Of a stretch of 64,000 bases of DNA, positions 11,275-26,378 are shown in pieces; positions within the stretch are counted from its first letter, which is position 1, and each line of letters opens with the position of its first letter. The position numbers were made by a program, and so were the translations under genes. Source of the stretch: Eledone cirrhosa (Eukaryota); NCBI GenBank assembly GCA_964016885.1, contig OZ024761.1, positions 17,174,001-17,238,000 on the forward strand, read 5' to 3'. A model generated the notes under the pieces. The model ran no database searches. It saw only the letters and a program-made list of their open reading frames with translations, and was not told where the DNA came from.

Positions 11275-11282
11275 TATGTATG

Positions 11283-11315
<33 letters not shown>

Positions 11316-11331
11316 GTATGTATGTGTATGT

Positions 11332-11364
<33 letters not shown>

Positions 11365-11911
11365 TGTATGTATATATATATACACACACATGTATGTATA
11401 TATATATATATATACACACACACATGTATGTATATATATATACATACACACATGTATGTATATATATACATACACACATGTATGTATATATATATATACA
11501 CACACACACATGTATGTATATATATATATACACACACACACATGTATGTATATATATATATATATACATTCACACACACACATGTATGTATGTATATATA
11601 TATATATTATATATATATACATACACACACACATGTATATATATATATTATATATATATACATACACACACACATGTATATATATATATATATATATACA
11701 TACACACACACATGTATGTGTATATATATATACACACACACATGTATGTATATATATATACACACACACACACGTATGTATATATATATACACACACACA
11801 CGTATGTATATATATACACACACATGTATATATATATACACACACACACATGTATATATATATATTATTGAATACTGTTGGCTTCTTGCTACAATAATTT
11901 CTATACTTTTC

Positions 11912-11945
<34 letters not shown>
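11236..11945. repeat. (TA)n/(CA)n compound microsatellite
   Basis: Direct inspection. Confidence 0.95.
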
Positions 11946-11947
<2 letters not shown>

Positions 11948-11999
11948 ACACGTTTATACATGCACACATGTCCTTTTGTATCTACTTTCAAACTGAAAG

Positions 12000-12102
12000 C
12001 CATAACAACCAGACTGGACGATGGCTGACCAAATTCCGTGCTACATGGCACCCCTGTAGAGAAGATCTGTTTGTTTGTGGCAGTATGAATCGTCCAAGAC
12101 AG
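12000..12102 (+). CDS. WDR76: WDR76 coding exon: [34 protein letters not shown]
   Basis: HNN.TGRWLT.F.A.W.P and GSM..PR are WDR76/CMR1 signatures; GTAAGG donor. Confidence 0.95.
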
Positions 12103-12607
12103 GTAAGGTTTCTCTCTCTTTATTAACATCTTTAGTTGGTTAGTCAGTTCAACTGTGGTTCTCAGAGACCCTGTCCCCCTCACTTGTAATCCCAGCTCAC
12201 ACTCCTCCCACTCCCATCTGCAATCACTGCTCCTCCCTTGTAATTTTAGCACACACTCATCCCCTTGTAATCCCAGCTCGCATTACTCCTCTTGCAGTCC
12301 AGGTTTCTTTAGTTCCTCCCCTCGAGTTGACCCGTTGTGAGACAAGTCAGATCAGATGACCATGTCTTGCTCATATAAGACTGGTTCTGGATTGGTTTCT
12401 ATGGTTGGATACCCCAAAGGGCACCAAAACGATCATTTTACCGTGTGGACTTGTGTAATAACGGTAGTTTCATCAACTCATCCCAGGCCTTCTTGGGTCT
12501 CCCCATTCCTAGGCTCCCATCAACTTTGAACGCTCCGCACCTTTTTATACAGCTGTCATCCATTATATTTATTATTATTTATATTTTTCATTTTCTTTAT
12601 TTTATAG

Positions 12608-12757
12608 ATTGAATTATTTGATAATAAATGTCGATGTGTGATGACCCTTCACCACCCCGAGCTAATTAGCTCTGTTCAATCATTGAATGAATTCCACCCA
12701 ACTCTTAATGTTATTGTTGGTGCCAATGCCAGTGGGAAACTACATGTCTTCAAGTAA
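12608..12757 (+). CDS. WDR76: WDR76 terminal coding exon: IELFDNKCRCVMTLHHPELISSVQSLNEFHPTLNVIVGANASGKLHVFK*
   Basis: tatAG acceptor, 50 codons to TAA; FHP...G.N.SGK..VF C-terminal signature. Confidence 0.93.
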   Translation: MELFDNKCRCVMTLHHPELISSVQSLNEFHPTLNVIVGANASGKLHVFK

Positions 12758-12799
12758 ACCAAACCAATCGGACGTTGTTTGATTCTTAACATCTTGTAC

Positions 12800-13215
12800 T
12801 TCATGAAACCATATTGGCAAAAAAAAATAAAAATACAAAAACAGTGCTATGACTGCATCTCATTAAATATTAAAGTCTTTACTCTAATACTACATATTTT
12901 TCATAAAGTTCTGTAAAGGAACTATAAATATTTAGTACAAAATAATAACATTATGACTGCATCACAGTAAATATTAAAGACTTTACTCAAATACTACATA
13001 TGTTTCGCAAGAGTCTGTAAAGGTACTACTATGACTGCATCACATTAACTATGAATGTCCTGCACTGCATGAAACCTCATCAACAACACATTCTTGAGAA
13101 ATATAAAACAGCTCCAAGACTGCATCACATTAACTATTAAAGTCTTTATTCTGTTACTGCAAATGTTCACAATGATCCGTCCTCTAATAAAGATACTATA
13201 AACATTTGAAATAAC
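12800..13215 (+). repeat. Degenerate ~110-bp tandem repeat in presumptive WDR76 3' UTR
   Basis: Recurrent ctatgactgcatcacattaaatattaaagtctttactc; reverse complement of the array at 30225-31265. Confidence 0.75.
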
Positions 13216-13491
13216 AAACATTTTTTAAATATTTTCTGCTATATCTTTACAGAAAGTTCAAAGTTAAATTCTGATTTCACTGGTGTTAGAATCTATTATT
13301 TTATTTTAAAAAAAAATTTTTTTTTGTTGTCATCCTACACACATCTAAAACATTTACCAATATTTGCTACCACTTTCGCACCTTGACTTCTATACTCTTG
13401 TGTAATAAAGGTAGTTGCTGAAAATATATTTATTGCTTATTGAGTCCCTTAATAAGTTCTATACACTTCACCATATATATATATATATATA

Positions 13492-13651
13492 TATATTTGA
13501 AAAAAGGAAAAGAATGACTTCATTTGTAGTTCTAAACAATTTAATTTAATTTTATATTATAATTTTTACAATTGTAAAATAATAATATAAAAATTAAATT
13601 AAATTGTTTAGAACTACAAATGAAGTCATTCTTATCCTTTTTTTAAATATA
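13492..13651. repeat. ~160-bp near-perfect palindrome next to (TA)n
   Basis: aagaatgacttcatttgtagttctaaacaatttaattt...caattg...aaattaaattgtttagaactacaaatgaagtcattctt. Confidence 0.88.
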
Positions 13652-14363
13652 CCTAACTGTACCAAGAATTTCACATATTTTCCAAAATGTATATATCAAA
13701 TAAGAGTCAAGACGGGATTAATTTGTCTTTACTACTCTTATTTGATAAATGAATATTCTGTCACTCATAATCACCAACACTTAGCTGGGATAAACTACTG
13801 GCATGAAGTGCTTTTGGGTTGTTAGGATCGGCTTACCCTCAAGAAGTTACAACTATTTATAAGCAAGATTCTTCTGCAACTATATATATAATATTTGGTA
13901 TTAATAGTGACATGCAGCTGTAAAACATTGCCTCATGAGGAGAATGAAGCCTGTTGTAAGGGCAACAAAGCTAATCCCTGCTTCTGCACGTTAAATGCTT
14001 GTAGTGACTGTCTCTTGTCATCACAGTAATGGTGATATGAAACCTTCTCTGTATATAGCTTTAACTAAGTTTAGATTAGAAGTAGTAAACACCAATAATG
14101 TTATGGTATGTGTCAAGATAGAGAAAACATGGGCAAAGGGAGGTTAAATAAAGAACAAGGAGGAAGTATTTACCATGTGTTGAGTTAGTAAACAAAATTC
14201 TTATTGTATAAATTTTGAAGTAATTAAAATTTCTTTCTTGTTAATAAACGATCTTTTATATTTTGAAATAAAAAAAATATTCATTTTTGAGGTAATTCTT
14301 GTTTTTTTGATAAAATGTTTATGCACAGCATGTTATAATTAATATATGGGTTTGGTGAGTAAT

Positions 14364-14744
14364 ATCGTGTATTCCCTACTATAAGACCTGCTCCAAAAAT
14401 AAGCCCTAACATGATTTTAACCCTTTAGCATTTAAACCAGCCATATCAGGCCAGAATTCTCTCACCTCTTTCTGTTCAAACTGGCTGTAACCAGTCGCTC
14501 ATACTGATATTAAGGTATTGTTCTCAAAATAAATAACATCAAAATCTCATAGATTCAATACTATGTGAGATAATTATGTAAGATAAAGCCTCCACAAAAA
14601 TACAATAGTATATATAGAGTAATGTAAATGCTAAAGGGTTAATGTTGCTATCAAATATAAGCCCTACCTCGAAAATGAGCCCTAGTGCCTTTTTTTAAGG
14701 GGAAAATTAATGTAAAACCTGTCATATAATAGGGAAAACACGGT
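14364..14744. mobile_element. pogo/Tc1-mariner-type MITE interrupted by a nested piggyBac MITE (14421-14638)
   Basis: Outer ends tatcgtgtattccct / agggaaaacacggta; inner TTAA|CCCTTTAGCATT...AATGCTAAAGGG|TTAA. Confidence 0.75.
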
Positions 14745-15304
14745 ACTTATTACCATAGGTGACATCTGTTTCAGCACTACTTTTACATGATTTAGATATT
14801 CAGTGTTAAAAGTGTGGATTAACATCAACATATGTTTATTATTGGTATAATATGCAGAGTGTTTATATTAAAAAAAAAGAGATGGAAGTTTCTGTTTATT
14901 TTATTTGTAACCAGGCATAACACATTGCGCAAATGACCAGCTCAGACCTTTGATACCTAGAGTTGACCTTATCTACCTTCTTCCTTATTATCTCTATTCT
15001 TTTCTAAAAATTTGCATCTAAACTTGGGACATACTTCATTCACATAGTTTTCAAATTTGTCCTGGCTTCTTTGTATACTAAGATTTTGTAATTTTGGTTG
15101 TATCTTGAGAACTATATGTGAGGGGCGAGGAGTGTTGTGTGTATCTCTCAAACACTTTATGATCACACACACTGGACAAGTCCTTCAATCACTTTTACCA
15201 AGGTCTGCTATTAAGGTGTACATTTGGGGATTATCTGAAATTGTTGAGAAATGCTGGATCATATAATTGGAGGCCATAGGTTGAGAGTAATCTTCTATTC
15301 ACAT

Positions 15305-15725
15305 TGTGAACACTTACTGTTGCCTAGCTATCTCTTTACACTGTCTAATTACTGTGAAACACTCACATAAGGTAGCTAGGCAGTAGTAAGTGTTCACATA
15401 AGCTATCTCCATATACTGTCTAGTGTGAAACATTGACAGAAGATAGCTTTTTGTGTGTACATTTACTACTGCCTAGCTATCACCATACACTGTTGAATTA
15501 CTGTGAAACTCTTACATAAGGTAGCTTCTTGTGTGAACACTTACTGTTACCTAGCTATCTATACACTGTCTACTGTGAAACACAAGGTAGCTTCTGTGAA
15601 CACTTACTGCTACCTAGCTATCTCCATACACTGCCTTGTTACTGTGAAACTCTTACATAAGGTAACAGCTTGTGTGAACACTTACTGTTACCTAGCTATC
15701 ACCATACACTGTCGAAACACTGTGT
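15305..15725. repeat. Degenerate 60-70 bp tandem repeat
   Basis: Recurrent tgtgaacacttactgttacctagctatc...actgtgaaac...ataaggtagct. Confidence 0.75.
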
Positions 15726-17610
15726 AAGGAATACATTTTATTATTAAAAGTCTTGCATTCTCCACCATATATATATATGTCGTTTGTGATGTACCAAATG
15801 CTATCTTAAATTACTAATATATATTTGTCTCCCTTTAAGTTATTTTCAAAACACCATCTTATTCATGAAAAGTTCAGTCATTCTACAAAATCCCTTCAAT
15901 TTCTTGATTATTCTTTAATGGAAACAAAACATAGACAGTTCATTCCATCAGAAATATAATCACATAAAATATTAATGGAACACTCTTCAATTATACAGTT
16001 TTCCTGCTGTCTACATCATTGAGTTTACACTTACCTTGTAGTCCATTTGAGGGATTCTTTAAAGAATTTTTTATTCATGTTCAGGGCCTATATAACCTAA
16101 AGTGTTTTTCACTGCCAAACATATGACTCATTTCTTTGAGGTCCAAATGAGGTTTCTAAAAAAAAAAATTGTATTCATGTTCAGGGCATATATAATCTAA
16201 AGTATTTTTCACTGCCACACTTGATATTGTCTGACTCATTACCTTGTAGTCTAATCAAGGTTTTTCTAAAACTTGTTTATTCATGTTCAGGGCCTACATA
16301 ACCTGAAATATTCATAATAGTAATTGTAACACTCTCTCTTGTCTCCTTTTTTTTTTTGAAAAATTGGGATTATCACTCCCGTCACATACAAGTCAGCCAG
16401 AGAATACCTTCTCTATTTAAGGCTTTTAACATTTCAGGCCAGATTTTATCTTCCCCAGCCAGCCAGCAAAACTAACTGGCAGGAGACCCAGGGGTAGAGC
16501 CTGAGCTTGGCTGGTCTCGCTTGGGGATCCAGCCGGATTAGTTGGAGACAGTTACTTCTGAAAGGACCCACTGGAAGGAGTGTTTGAGGACTCTGCCCCT
16601 ATGACCCTCTCAGGAATAAGTGGGCAAAGAAGTGTTTATAACTGCCAAACTTGATATTGTATGACTCATAAGTATGGATAGAGAGGAAAGTGAGACTGTG
16701 ACATTCATTCCTTTCCAACTGAAGGAAATTAGGTAGAACATTATGCCATTTGTTCAAATCCCAACTAGGTCAACTTTGCCTTATCTATTAAGGGAGAAGA
16801 GAGATAAATACCAGTCCAGTCTGGTCCAATCCAGTCTGATTTGATCCGGTTCAGTCAAGTCTGGCTCGATCAGGCTCGATTCGATCCAATCTGATTCGAT
16901 CTGGTTCAGTCCCGTGGATTGGTAGAATTTTTAGAGCGTTGGACAGGGTACCTTGTGTTGTTTGCTTGTTCAATCAGTGTCTTCTGAGTTCAAATCCTGC
17001 TTTATATCACCAGAAATATTGACATGATAGGACTAGGGAAGGGGGTTCCTAGTTATTGAAATACCTAAAAAAAAAACCCCTACATTTTAAGGGGCTTCTA
17101 GTTTTTATATTCTCATATATACTAAGGGCCTTTATGACATGTGTAAGTGTGAGAAGGGAAAGATGCACTGGCCCTAATGTGTGAACAGTACCGTAATTTA
17201 GGGTAAACATAGAAATAGGGTTGGAGGTCAAATAAGGTGGAGTCAGTGTAGCAGTATCTCTTAAGAGGCTGAAGAAGTGTGTGGGTATGAGGGGTGTATG
17301 GTGTGTGTGTGTGGGTATGTTGGTGTGTGCATGTATAGGTTTGTTGGTGTATGTAAGAGGGTATGTTGGTGTGTGTGGGTATGTTGGTATATTTGTGTAC
17401 AGATATGTTGGTGTATGTGGGAGGGTATAGGTATGTTTGTGTGTGTTTGTGTGTCTGCTTGAGTACATTGGTGTGTGTGTGTGTGTGTTGTGGGTCATTT
17501 AAACAAAATAAATACATAAATGAATTTCATCAAAAAAACAAAACATCATCAAATATCAATAAAAAAACAGTTTGATTTAAAGATTTTTAATCTTAATTTC
17601 TTAATTTCTC

Positions 17611-17644
<34 letters not shown>

Positions 17645-17673
17645 ATATGTGTGTATATATATATATATATTTG

Positions 17674-17704
<31 letters not shown>

Positions 17705-17855
17705 ATATATATTTATATGTGTGTATATATATATATATATATGTGTATATATATACATATATGTATATGTGTGTTTGTATGTATATATATATATATATAC
17801 ACACACACATATATGTATGTATGTATATATTCATATATATATATGTATACACATG

Positions 17856-17919
<64 letters not shown>

Positions 17920-18264
17920 GTCCAGTTATTTCAGGGAGTTGGGTTGGAAATGTCTGTAAATGCTTGACTTTTATATTATATAAGATGTTAAATAATAATT
18001 TTGATGCTTATCTTTTTATATATATATATAACAAACAGAAAAATATTAATCATGGAGATGTTTCAATTTATTCGACTCCACAGGAGAGGGCATACATTCA
18101 CGCACACTACACTGCATACACACACTGCACACACTTGTATGTGCATTCGCTCACACATACACCCACACTGCACTGCATAAACACACTTGTATGTGCATTT
18201 GCTCACACAGACACACAGTGTAGGTAATTTAATGTCAACACACATAGGAGAGGGCATAAATTCA

Positions 18265-18875
18265 CATACACACACTGCACTACATACACATACTTGTATG
18301 TGCATTTGCTCACACATACACACACTGCACTACATACACATACTTGTATGTGCATTTGCTCACACATACACACACTGCACTACATACACATACTTGTATG
18401 TGCATTTGCTCACACATACACACACTGCACTACATACACATACTTGTATGTGCATTTGCTCACGCATACACATACTGCACTGCATACACATACTTGTATG
18501 TGCATTTGCTCACGCATACACATACTGCACTGCATACACATACTTGTATGTGCATTTGCTCACGCATACACATACTGCACTGCATACACATACTTGTATG
18601 TGCATTTGCTCACGCATACACATACTGCACTGCATACACATACTTGTATGTGCATTTGCTCACACATACACATACTGCACTGCATACACATACTTGTATG
18701 TGCATTTGCTCACACACACACACACTGCACTGCATACACATACTTGTATGTGCATTTGCTCACACATACACACACTGCACTGCATACACATACTTGTATG
18801 TGCATTTGCTCACACACACACATACTGCACTGCATACACATACTTGTATGTGCATTTGCTCACACATACACACAG
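18265..18875. repeat. 50-bp minisatellite (~12 copies)
   Basis: cacacatacacacactgcactgcatacacatacttgtatgtgcatttgct. Confidence 0.95.
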
Positions 18876-19574
18876 TGTAGGAAATTTAATGTTAACACAC
18901 ACAATTTAAAACCATAGGTATATATGCACACTCATACGCATTCACATAGATGCACACATACACACACACACATGCACATTAGTCTAAGTAACTGAATGTC
19001 AACACATATGCACACAAATTCATAATCAGATACACAGAGGCATACATCTGTGTGTGTGTGTGGGGAGGGGGTACATTGGTGCATGTTTGTATGTGTGTGT
19101 GTAGGTACCTTGGTGCACGTGTGTGTGTGGGGGGAGGGGGTACATTGGTGCATGTTTGTGTGTGTGTGTATGGGTACATTGGTGTATGTTTGTGTGTGCG
19201 TGTGTGTGTGCGTGGGTACATTGGTGCATGTGTGTGCCTGTTGGTATATTGGTGAATGTGTACGGGTATGTGGATGCATGTATGTGTGTATGGGTATGTA
19301 TGTTTGTGTGTATGTGTGTGTATGTTGGTGTGTGTGTGTGTGCATGTGTATGTTGGTGTATGTGTGTGTATGGGTATGTTGGTGTATGTGTGTGTGTGTG
19401 TATGGGTATGTTAGTGTATGTGTGTGTGTGTATGGGTATGTTGGTGTATGTGTGTGTGTGTGTGTATGGGTATGTGTGTGTGTGTGTATGGGTATGTTGA
19501 TGTATGTGTGTGTATGTTCCACATTTGTAGGAAACTTGAGAATATGTTGACACACACACAATTGACAACCACAC

Positions 19575-21050
19575 ACACACATATCTCACTCTTATACACA
19601 AATACACAGATATTAGTGTAATATGATGTAACACATACATACACACACCACACACATCTCTCAGTCTTATACACAAATACACAGATATTAGTGTAATATG
19701 ATGCTACACATACATACACACACATCTCTCACTCTTATACACAAATACACAGATATTAGTGTAATATGATGTAACACATACATACACACACCACACACAT
19801 CTCTCAGTCTTATACACAAATACACAGATATTAGTGTAATATGATGCTACACATACATACACACACATCTCTCACTCTTATACACAAATACACAGATATT
19901 AGTGTAATATAATGCTACACATACATACACACACCACACACATCTCAGTCTTATACACAAATACACAGATATTAGTGTAATATGATGCTACACATACATA
20001 CACACACCACACACATTTCTCACTCTTATACACAAATACACATATTAGTGTAATATAATGCTACACATACATACACACACCACACACATTTCTCACTCTT
20101 ATACACAAATACACAGATATTAGTGTAATATGATGTAACACATACATACACACACCACACACATCTCTCACTCTTATACACAAATACACAGATATTAGTG
20201 TAATATAATGCTACACATACATACACACACCACACACATCTCCCAGTCTTATACACAAATACACAGATATTAGTGTAATATGATGCTACACATACATACA
20301 CACACCACACACATCTCTCAGTCTTATACACAAATACACAGATATTAGTGTAATATGATGTAACACATACATACACACACCACACACATCTCTCACTCTT
20401 ATACACAAATACACAGATATTAGTGTAATATGATGTAACACATACATACACACACCACACACATCTCTCACTCTTATACACAAATACACAGATATTAGTG
20501 TAATATAATGCTACACATACATACACACACCACACACATCTCTCACTCTTATACACAAATACACAGATATTAGTGTAATATGATGTAACACATACATACA
20601 CACACCACACACATCTCTCACTCTTATACACAAATACACAGATATTAGTGTAATATAATGCTACACATACATACACACACCACACACATCTCTCACTCTT
20701 ATACACAAATACACAGATATTAGTGTAATATAATGCTACACATACATACACACACATCTCTCAGTCTTATACACAAATACACAGATATTAGTGTAATATG
20801 ATGCTACACATACATACACACACCACACACATCTCTCAGTCTTATACACAAATACACAGATATTAGTGTAATATGATGCTACACATACATACACACACCA
20901 CACACATCTCTCACTCTTATACACAGATATTAGTGTAATATAATGTTACACATACATACACACACCACACACATCTCTCAGTCTTATACACAAATACACA
21001 GATATTAGTGTAATATAATGCTACACGTACATACACACCACACACCACAC
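19575..21050. repeat. 60-bp minisatellite (~25 copies)
   Basis: cttatacacaaatacacagatattagtgtaatatgatgctacacatacatacacacaccacacacatctctca. Confidence 0.95.
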
Positions 21051-21399
21051 ACTCTCTCTCTTTCTCACACATACACATAAGGGGGTGGGGACATACCAGC
21101 TACTCCAGACAACAGGTAAAGTAGCCAGCCAACTTTATAAAATAAGTTAAAACGCAACACCAACAAGCAAAGCCAGTCATGATATAATATATAATATATA
21201 ATAATAATGATAATAATAATGATAATGATAATAATATACATATATAAATAAAAAAAAAAACAACAAAAAAAAACAAATCCCACAAAACATAACAAATAAA
21301 ACACTGCTACCCCCACCACCAACCCATGACATAACCCCACCCCCTCTCTTCCCCACAATAAACAAACCAAGTGAAACGTTTCTAACCCCCCCCCCCACA

Positions 21400-22365
21400 C
21401 CACCAATGAAATATTACTACTCCTCACCTTCAATCTGCCCAGCCCACCAATGAAATATCACTACCCACCCACCTTGAATTTGCCCCTCCCGCCAATGAGA
21501 TATGATTACCCCCCTCCCCTACCCCTGAATTTGCCCCTTCCACTAATGAAATTTTACTATCCCCACCCCTTGAATCTGCCCCACCCACCCACCCACCAAC
21601 GAAATAATACTAAACCCCCACCCCCTTGAATTTGCCACTCCCACCACTGAAACAACACTACCTCCACCCCTTGAATTTACCCCTCCCACCAATGAAATAA
21701 TACTACCCACCCCCTTGAATTTGCCTCTCCCACCAATGAAATAACACTACCCCCACCCCTTGAATTTGCCCCTCCCACCAATGAAACAACACTACCTCCA
21801 CCCCTTGAATTTGCCCCTCCCACCAATGAAACAACATTACCTCCACCCCTTGAATTTGCCCCTCCCACCAATGAAATACTACTCTACCCCCCCCCCCCTG
21901 AAATACTACCCCACCCCCTTGAATTTGCCTCTCCCACCAATGAAATACTACCCCACCCCCTTGAATTTGCCTCTCCCACCAATGAAATACTACCCCACCC
22001 CCTTAAATTTGCCTCTCCCACTAATGAAATAACACAACCCCCACCCCCTTGAATTTGCCTCTCCCACCAATGAAATACTACCCCACCCCCTTAAATTTGC
22101 CTCTCCCACTAATGAAATAACACAACCCCCACCCCTTGAATTTGCCTCTCCCACCAATGAAATACTACCCCACCCCCTTAAATTTGCCTCTCCCACCAAT
22201 GAAATACTACCCCACCCCCTTGAATTTGCCTCTCCCACCAATGAAATAATACTACTCCCCCCCCCCCACCAATGAAACTACTTCTGCCCCTCTCTTGCCT
22301 AACCCCTCCCCTGCCAATGAAACACTACTACTGTACACCCATCACTCCCACCAATGAAATATTAC
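21400..22365. repeat. ~39-41 bp C-rich minisatellite
   Basis: ccccttgaatttgcctctcccaccaatgaaatactacccca. Confidence 0.92.
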
Positions 22366-22505
22366 CAACCCTTCCTCCCCCCTCCTCTCCCTTACCTAAT
22401 GCACCCACTAAATGAATTATCACAACACTTCCAATAAAGAAATGAGTCCCCCCCCCCCACCTCATCCTCACATATATTATGCAAAACTACTCAGTCAGAC
22501 TCGGG

Positions 22506-22507
<2 letters not shown>

Positions 22508-22555
<48 letters not shown>

Positions 22556-22685
22556 TATATATATATATATATATGCATACATATATATAAATATATGGCT
22601 GTGTGTGTCTGAGTGTGTATATGTATATACAAACACACTTTTACGCATATACATGTGTGTATATATATATATATGTATGCATGCA

Positions 22686-22739
<54 letters not shown>

Positions 22740-25667
22740 GAATGCATGTATATATATATATATGTATGCATGTATATATATATATATATATGCCTGTATA
22801 TATATATATATGCCTGTATATATATATATATATATATATGTATGCATGTATATATATATATGTATGTATGCATGCATGTATATATATATATATATATGTA
22901 TATATACAAACATATATATATGTATGTATATATGTATATATATATATATATACGTATATATATATATGTATGTATACAAACATATATATGTATATATGTA
23001 TATATATATGTATATATATGTATGTATACAAACATATATATGTATGTATATATATATGTATGTATACAAACATATATACATGTATGTATATATGTATATA
23101 TATATATACATATATATATACATGTATGTATACAAACATATATATGTATGTATATATGTATATATATAGTTATAATAAACAAAAATAAGACCCCCTCCCT
23201 TCCTTTTACTTGATTTTTTCTTCTTTTTAGATTATTGTTATTGTTGGATGAGATCCTTCAGTTTTATGGTTACATACATCACAGTGTGTGTATGTATGAG
23301 TATGTATGTGTGTGTGTGTGAGTGCTTGTGTATGTGAGTGTGTATGTGTGTGTGTGAGTGTTTGTGTATGTATGTATGTATGAGTACGTATGTGTGTGTG
23401 TGTGAGTGTGTGTATGTGTGAGTGTTTGTGTATGTGTGTATGTATGAGTACGTATGTGTGTGTGTGAGTGTTTGTGTATGTATGTATGAGTACGTATGTG
23501 TGTGTGTGTGAGTGTTTGTGTGTGTGAGTGTGTGTATGTGTGAGTGTTTGTGTATGTGTGTATGTATGAGTACGTATGTGTGTGTGTGAGTGTTTGTGTA
23601 TGTGAGTGTGTATGTGTGTGTGTGAGTGTTTGTGTATGTATGTATGTATGAGTACGTGTGTGTGTGTGTGAGTGTTTGTGTGTGTGAGTGTGTGTATGTG
23701 TGAGTGTTTGTGTATGTGTGTATGTATGAGTACGTATGTGTGTGTGTGTGAGTGTTTGTGTATGTGAGTGTGTATGTGTGTGTGTGAGTGTTTGTGTATG
23801 TATGTATGTATGAGTACGTATGTGTGTGTGTGTGAGTGTTTGTGTGTGTGAGTGTGTGTATGTGTGAGTGTTTGTGTATGTGTGTATGTATGAGTACGTA
23901 TGTGTGTGTGTGTGTGAGTGTTTGTGTGTGTGTGTGTGTGTGTGAATGTTTGTCTATGAGTGTTTGTGTGAGTGTTTATGTATGTGTGTGTGTGTGTGAG
24001 TGTTTGTGTATGCGTATGTGTGAGTGTTTGTGTATGTGTGTGTGTATGTGTGTGTGTGAGTGTTTGTGTGTGTGTGTGTTTGTGTTTGTGTGTGTGAGTG
24101 TGTATGTGTGAGTTTTTGTGTATGTGTATGTGAGTGTGTGTGTGAGTGTTTGTGTATGTGTGTGTGTATGTGAGTGTATGTGTGTGTGTGAGTGTTTGTG
24201 TGTGTGTGTGTGTGAGTGTTTGTGTGTGTGAGTGTGTATGTGTGTGTGTGAGTTTTTGTGTATGTGTATGTGAGTGTGTGTGTGTGAGTGTTTGTGTATG
24301 TGTGTGTGAATACATATCAGTGTATATGGGTATGTGTGAGTGTATATGAATACGTTTGTGTGTGTATGTGTGAGTGTCTGTATGTGTATGTGTGTATATG
24401 AGTAACGTGACAGTGTATATGAGTTCATGTGTGTGTATGAATACGTGTATGTGTGAGTGTATATGAGTACGTGTGTGTGTATGTGGGTACGTGTGTGAGA
24501 GTACACGTGTGTGTGTATGAGTTCGTGTGAGTGTGTATGAGTACATGTGAGTGTGTGTGTGTATATATGAGTATATGTGTGTGTATGAGTATATATGTGT
24601 ATGAGTATGTATGTGTGTGTGAGTATGTGTGTGTGTATGAGTACATGTGAGTGTGTGTATATGAGTATACGTGTGTATATGAGTATACGTGTGTGTATGA
24701 GTATATGTGTGTGTATGAGTATATATGTGTGTATGAGTATATATGTGTGTGTGAGTATGTGTGTGTGTATGAGTATGTATGTGTGTATGAGTATGTATGT
24801 GTGTATGAGTATATGTGTGTGTATGAGTATGTATGTGTGTGTATGAGTATGTGTGTGTGTATGAGTATGTGTGTGTGTATGAGTATGTATGTGTGTATGA
24901 GTATGTATGTGTGTATGAGTATGTGTGTGTCTGAGTATGTATGTGTGTATGAGTATGTGTGTATGAGTATGTATGTGTGTATGAGTATGTGTGTGTATGA
25001 GTATGTATGTGTGTGTATGAGTATGTATGTGTGTATGAGTATATGTGTATGAGTATGTATGTGTGTATGAGTATATGTGTGTGTATGAGTATGTATGTGT
25101 GTATGAGTATGTATGTGTGTATGAGTATATGTGTGTGTATGAGTATGTGTGTGTATGAGTATGTATGTGTGTGTATGAGTATGTATGTGTGTATGAGTAT
25201 GTGTGTGTGTATGAGTATGTATGTGTGTATGAGTATGTGTGTGTGTATGTAGGTATCAGGTGTATGGAATGTAAATAAGTATGTTTAGAGGTGTGTATGT
25301 GTGTGTTTTTAGAAGAGTATGTGTGCATATATGCATGTGTGTGTTTAGAAACGTATATGTGTTTATTTAAGTGTACGTATATGTATATGTGTGTGTATAT
25401 ATGCGTGTATGTATACATGTATGTATGACTATGTTTAGAAATGTGTATGTATGGGTATATATATATATATAATGCTTTATATATATATATATATATATGT
25501 GTGTGTCTGTGTGCATATTTGTATATATATATCTGTGTGTATATTTATATATATTTGTATGTGCATATATGTATGTATATTTGTATATATGTATGTGTAT
25601 ATGAGTGTAAATTTATATATATATGTATGTGTATATATATATATAGATATATATAGATATATATGTA

Positions 25668-25698
<31 letters not shown>

Positions 25699-26220
25699 CT
25701 GTATGTGAGTGTATATATGTGTAAATATTTGTGCATGTATGTGAGTGTATATTTATATATATATATATATGTGAGTGTGTGTATATATATATGTGTGTAT
25801 ATTTATATGCGTATATATATGTGTATGGGTGTATATATATATATTTGTGTGTGTATATTTGTATATATATATATATATGTGTGTGTATATATATATATAT
25901 GTGTGTGTGTATATATATATGTATGTATATGTCTATATATTTATATGTGTATATATATATGTGAGTGTGTGTGTGTATATATATATGTATGTATATGTCT
26001 ATATATTTATATGTGTATATATATGTGAGTGTGTGTGTATATATATATGTATGTATATGTCTATATATTTATGTGTGTATATATATGTGTGTGTGTGTGT
26101 ATGTATAGGTATGTGTATATTTATATGTGTATATATATATATCTGTGTGTATGTATATGTATGTATATGTCTATGTGTGTGTGTATATTTATGTGTATAT
26201 ATATGTGTATGTATATACAA
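22508..26220. repeat. Long compound (TA)n/(TG)n/(TATG)n microsatellite field between the two convergent genes
   Basis: Direct inspection. Confidence 0.95.
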
Positions 26221-26378
26221 TGTCAAAGTACAATAAATTTATTTTTCTTTGTCTTTTAGACAGCAGTGAAATTTGTTTGTTTTTTGTTTTTTTTATCCCC
26301 CAAAAAAAGTTTATAGCAAAACCTAACCAGGTGACCACCATGTTAACCAACTTGACCAGTTGACCCGGCTTGTCCAAG

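Noticed and set aside
14969-15300. Unique-looking segment with short ORFs as an exon or RT fragment
   Set aside because: No recognisable motif or consistent splice sites
18265-22365. Regular 50-, 60- and 40-bp arrays as CRISPR-like arrays
   Set aside because: Head-to-tail tandem units without unique spacers; eukaryotic context; no cas genes
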